Shown here: piece after piece, positions 29,707 through 30,221 of the stretch
How the letters are laid out: each line of letters starts with the position of its first letter
Position numbering within the stretch: the stretch's first letter is position 1
Assembly: GCA_965218585.1 (NCBI GenBank)
Contig: CBDCLE010000016.1
Location: forward strand, 1 to 30,221
Direction of reading: 5' to 3'
Length of the DNA: 30,221 bases
Source of the DNA: Terriglobia bacterium
Lineage (GTDB): Bacteria; Acidobacteriota; Terriglobia; 20CM-2-55-15
Made by a program: the position numbers and the translations under genes
Notes under the pieces: generated by a model
Seen by the model: only the letters and a program-made list of their open reading frames with translations
Databases searched by the model: none
What the model was told of the DNA's origin: nothing

Positions 29707-30221
29707 ATGAGAAGAGCCGAAGTTGATTATATTCTCGGCACAATGCTGGACTCCAAGGACGGAGTCTCGGATCTGAACATCACTGCAGACAAACCATTTC
29801 AAGTAGAGTCATCCGGTGAACTCGTCAAGGTGGATATCGACCCGCCGGTCGATACCCTCACGCCCTTCCAGACCGAGACGCTGGCACTCAACCTGATCAA
29901 CAGCAGCCGCCGCCTGACCAGCGATCTTCTGAAGACGGGTTCCTGCGACCAATCGTATTCTCTGGGCCAGAAGGCCCGCTTCCGCGTCAACATCTTCACC
30001 CAACGCGGCCACTACACGATCATCCTCAGGAGATTGTCGACCGAAATACCGTCGCTGTCGCAGTTGAACCTTCCTCCGGTGTTTGGAGAGATGGCAAGAA
30101 AAGACGGGGCTCGTTCTGGTTACCGGCGCCACCGGCAGTGGTAAATCGACGACGCTGGCGGCATTGTTGAACGAATTCAACGAGACCAAGTCGATTCATA
30201 TTGTGACGCTCGAAGACCCTG
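29707..30221 (+). CDS. Second PilT/PilU-family ATPase, runs off the window; frameshift at ~30097
   Basis: [19 protein letters not shown], then after the shift [21 protein letters not shown]...TLEDP. Confidence 0.9.

Noticed and set aside
1-30221. tRNA, rRNA or tyrosine recombinase genes
   Set aside because: None recognisable in this window.

Overview
About 60% GC bacterial DNA; the gene repertoire (DUF6152, kinase-TolB_N-TPR, NHL and DUF1080 proteins) suggests Acidobacteriota, which is an inference. The window has two halves. (1) 1-~14760 is an accessory region of small, mostly secreted-protein genes and four insertion sequences: a complete IS256 with an 8-bp TSD, a truncated rve/DDE element, an IS21 with a 5'-deleted istA, and an IS110/IS1111 whose 3' non-coding region reads as a bridge/seekRNA with guides matching its own target and donor junction. 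(2) 14768-30221 is core genome: ttcA, xseA, fbaB, ndk, sucDC, pyk, ino1, dksA-like, redoxin and two pilT-family genes. The most striking unexplained structure is a recurring ~38-bp site with 16-bp inverted arms around an invariant 6-bp GATGAT spacer, at 1467 (half-site), 2176, 4589 and 5535, plus a divergent inverted copy at 13023 near the island/core boundary. These sites split the accessory genes into modules and look like tyrosine-recombinase crossover sites of an integron- or dif-module-like gene-accretion array; no recombinase gene is in the window. Many single-base frameshifts, including in core genes, point to long-read indel errors.
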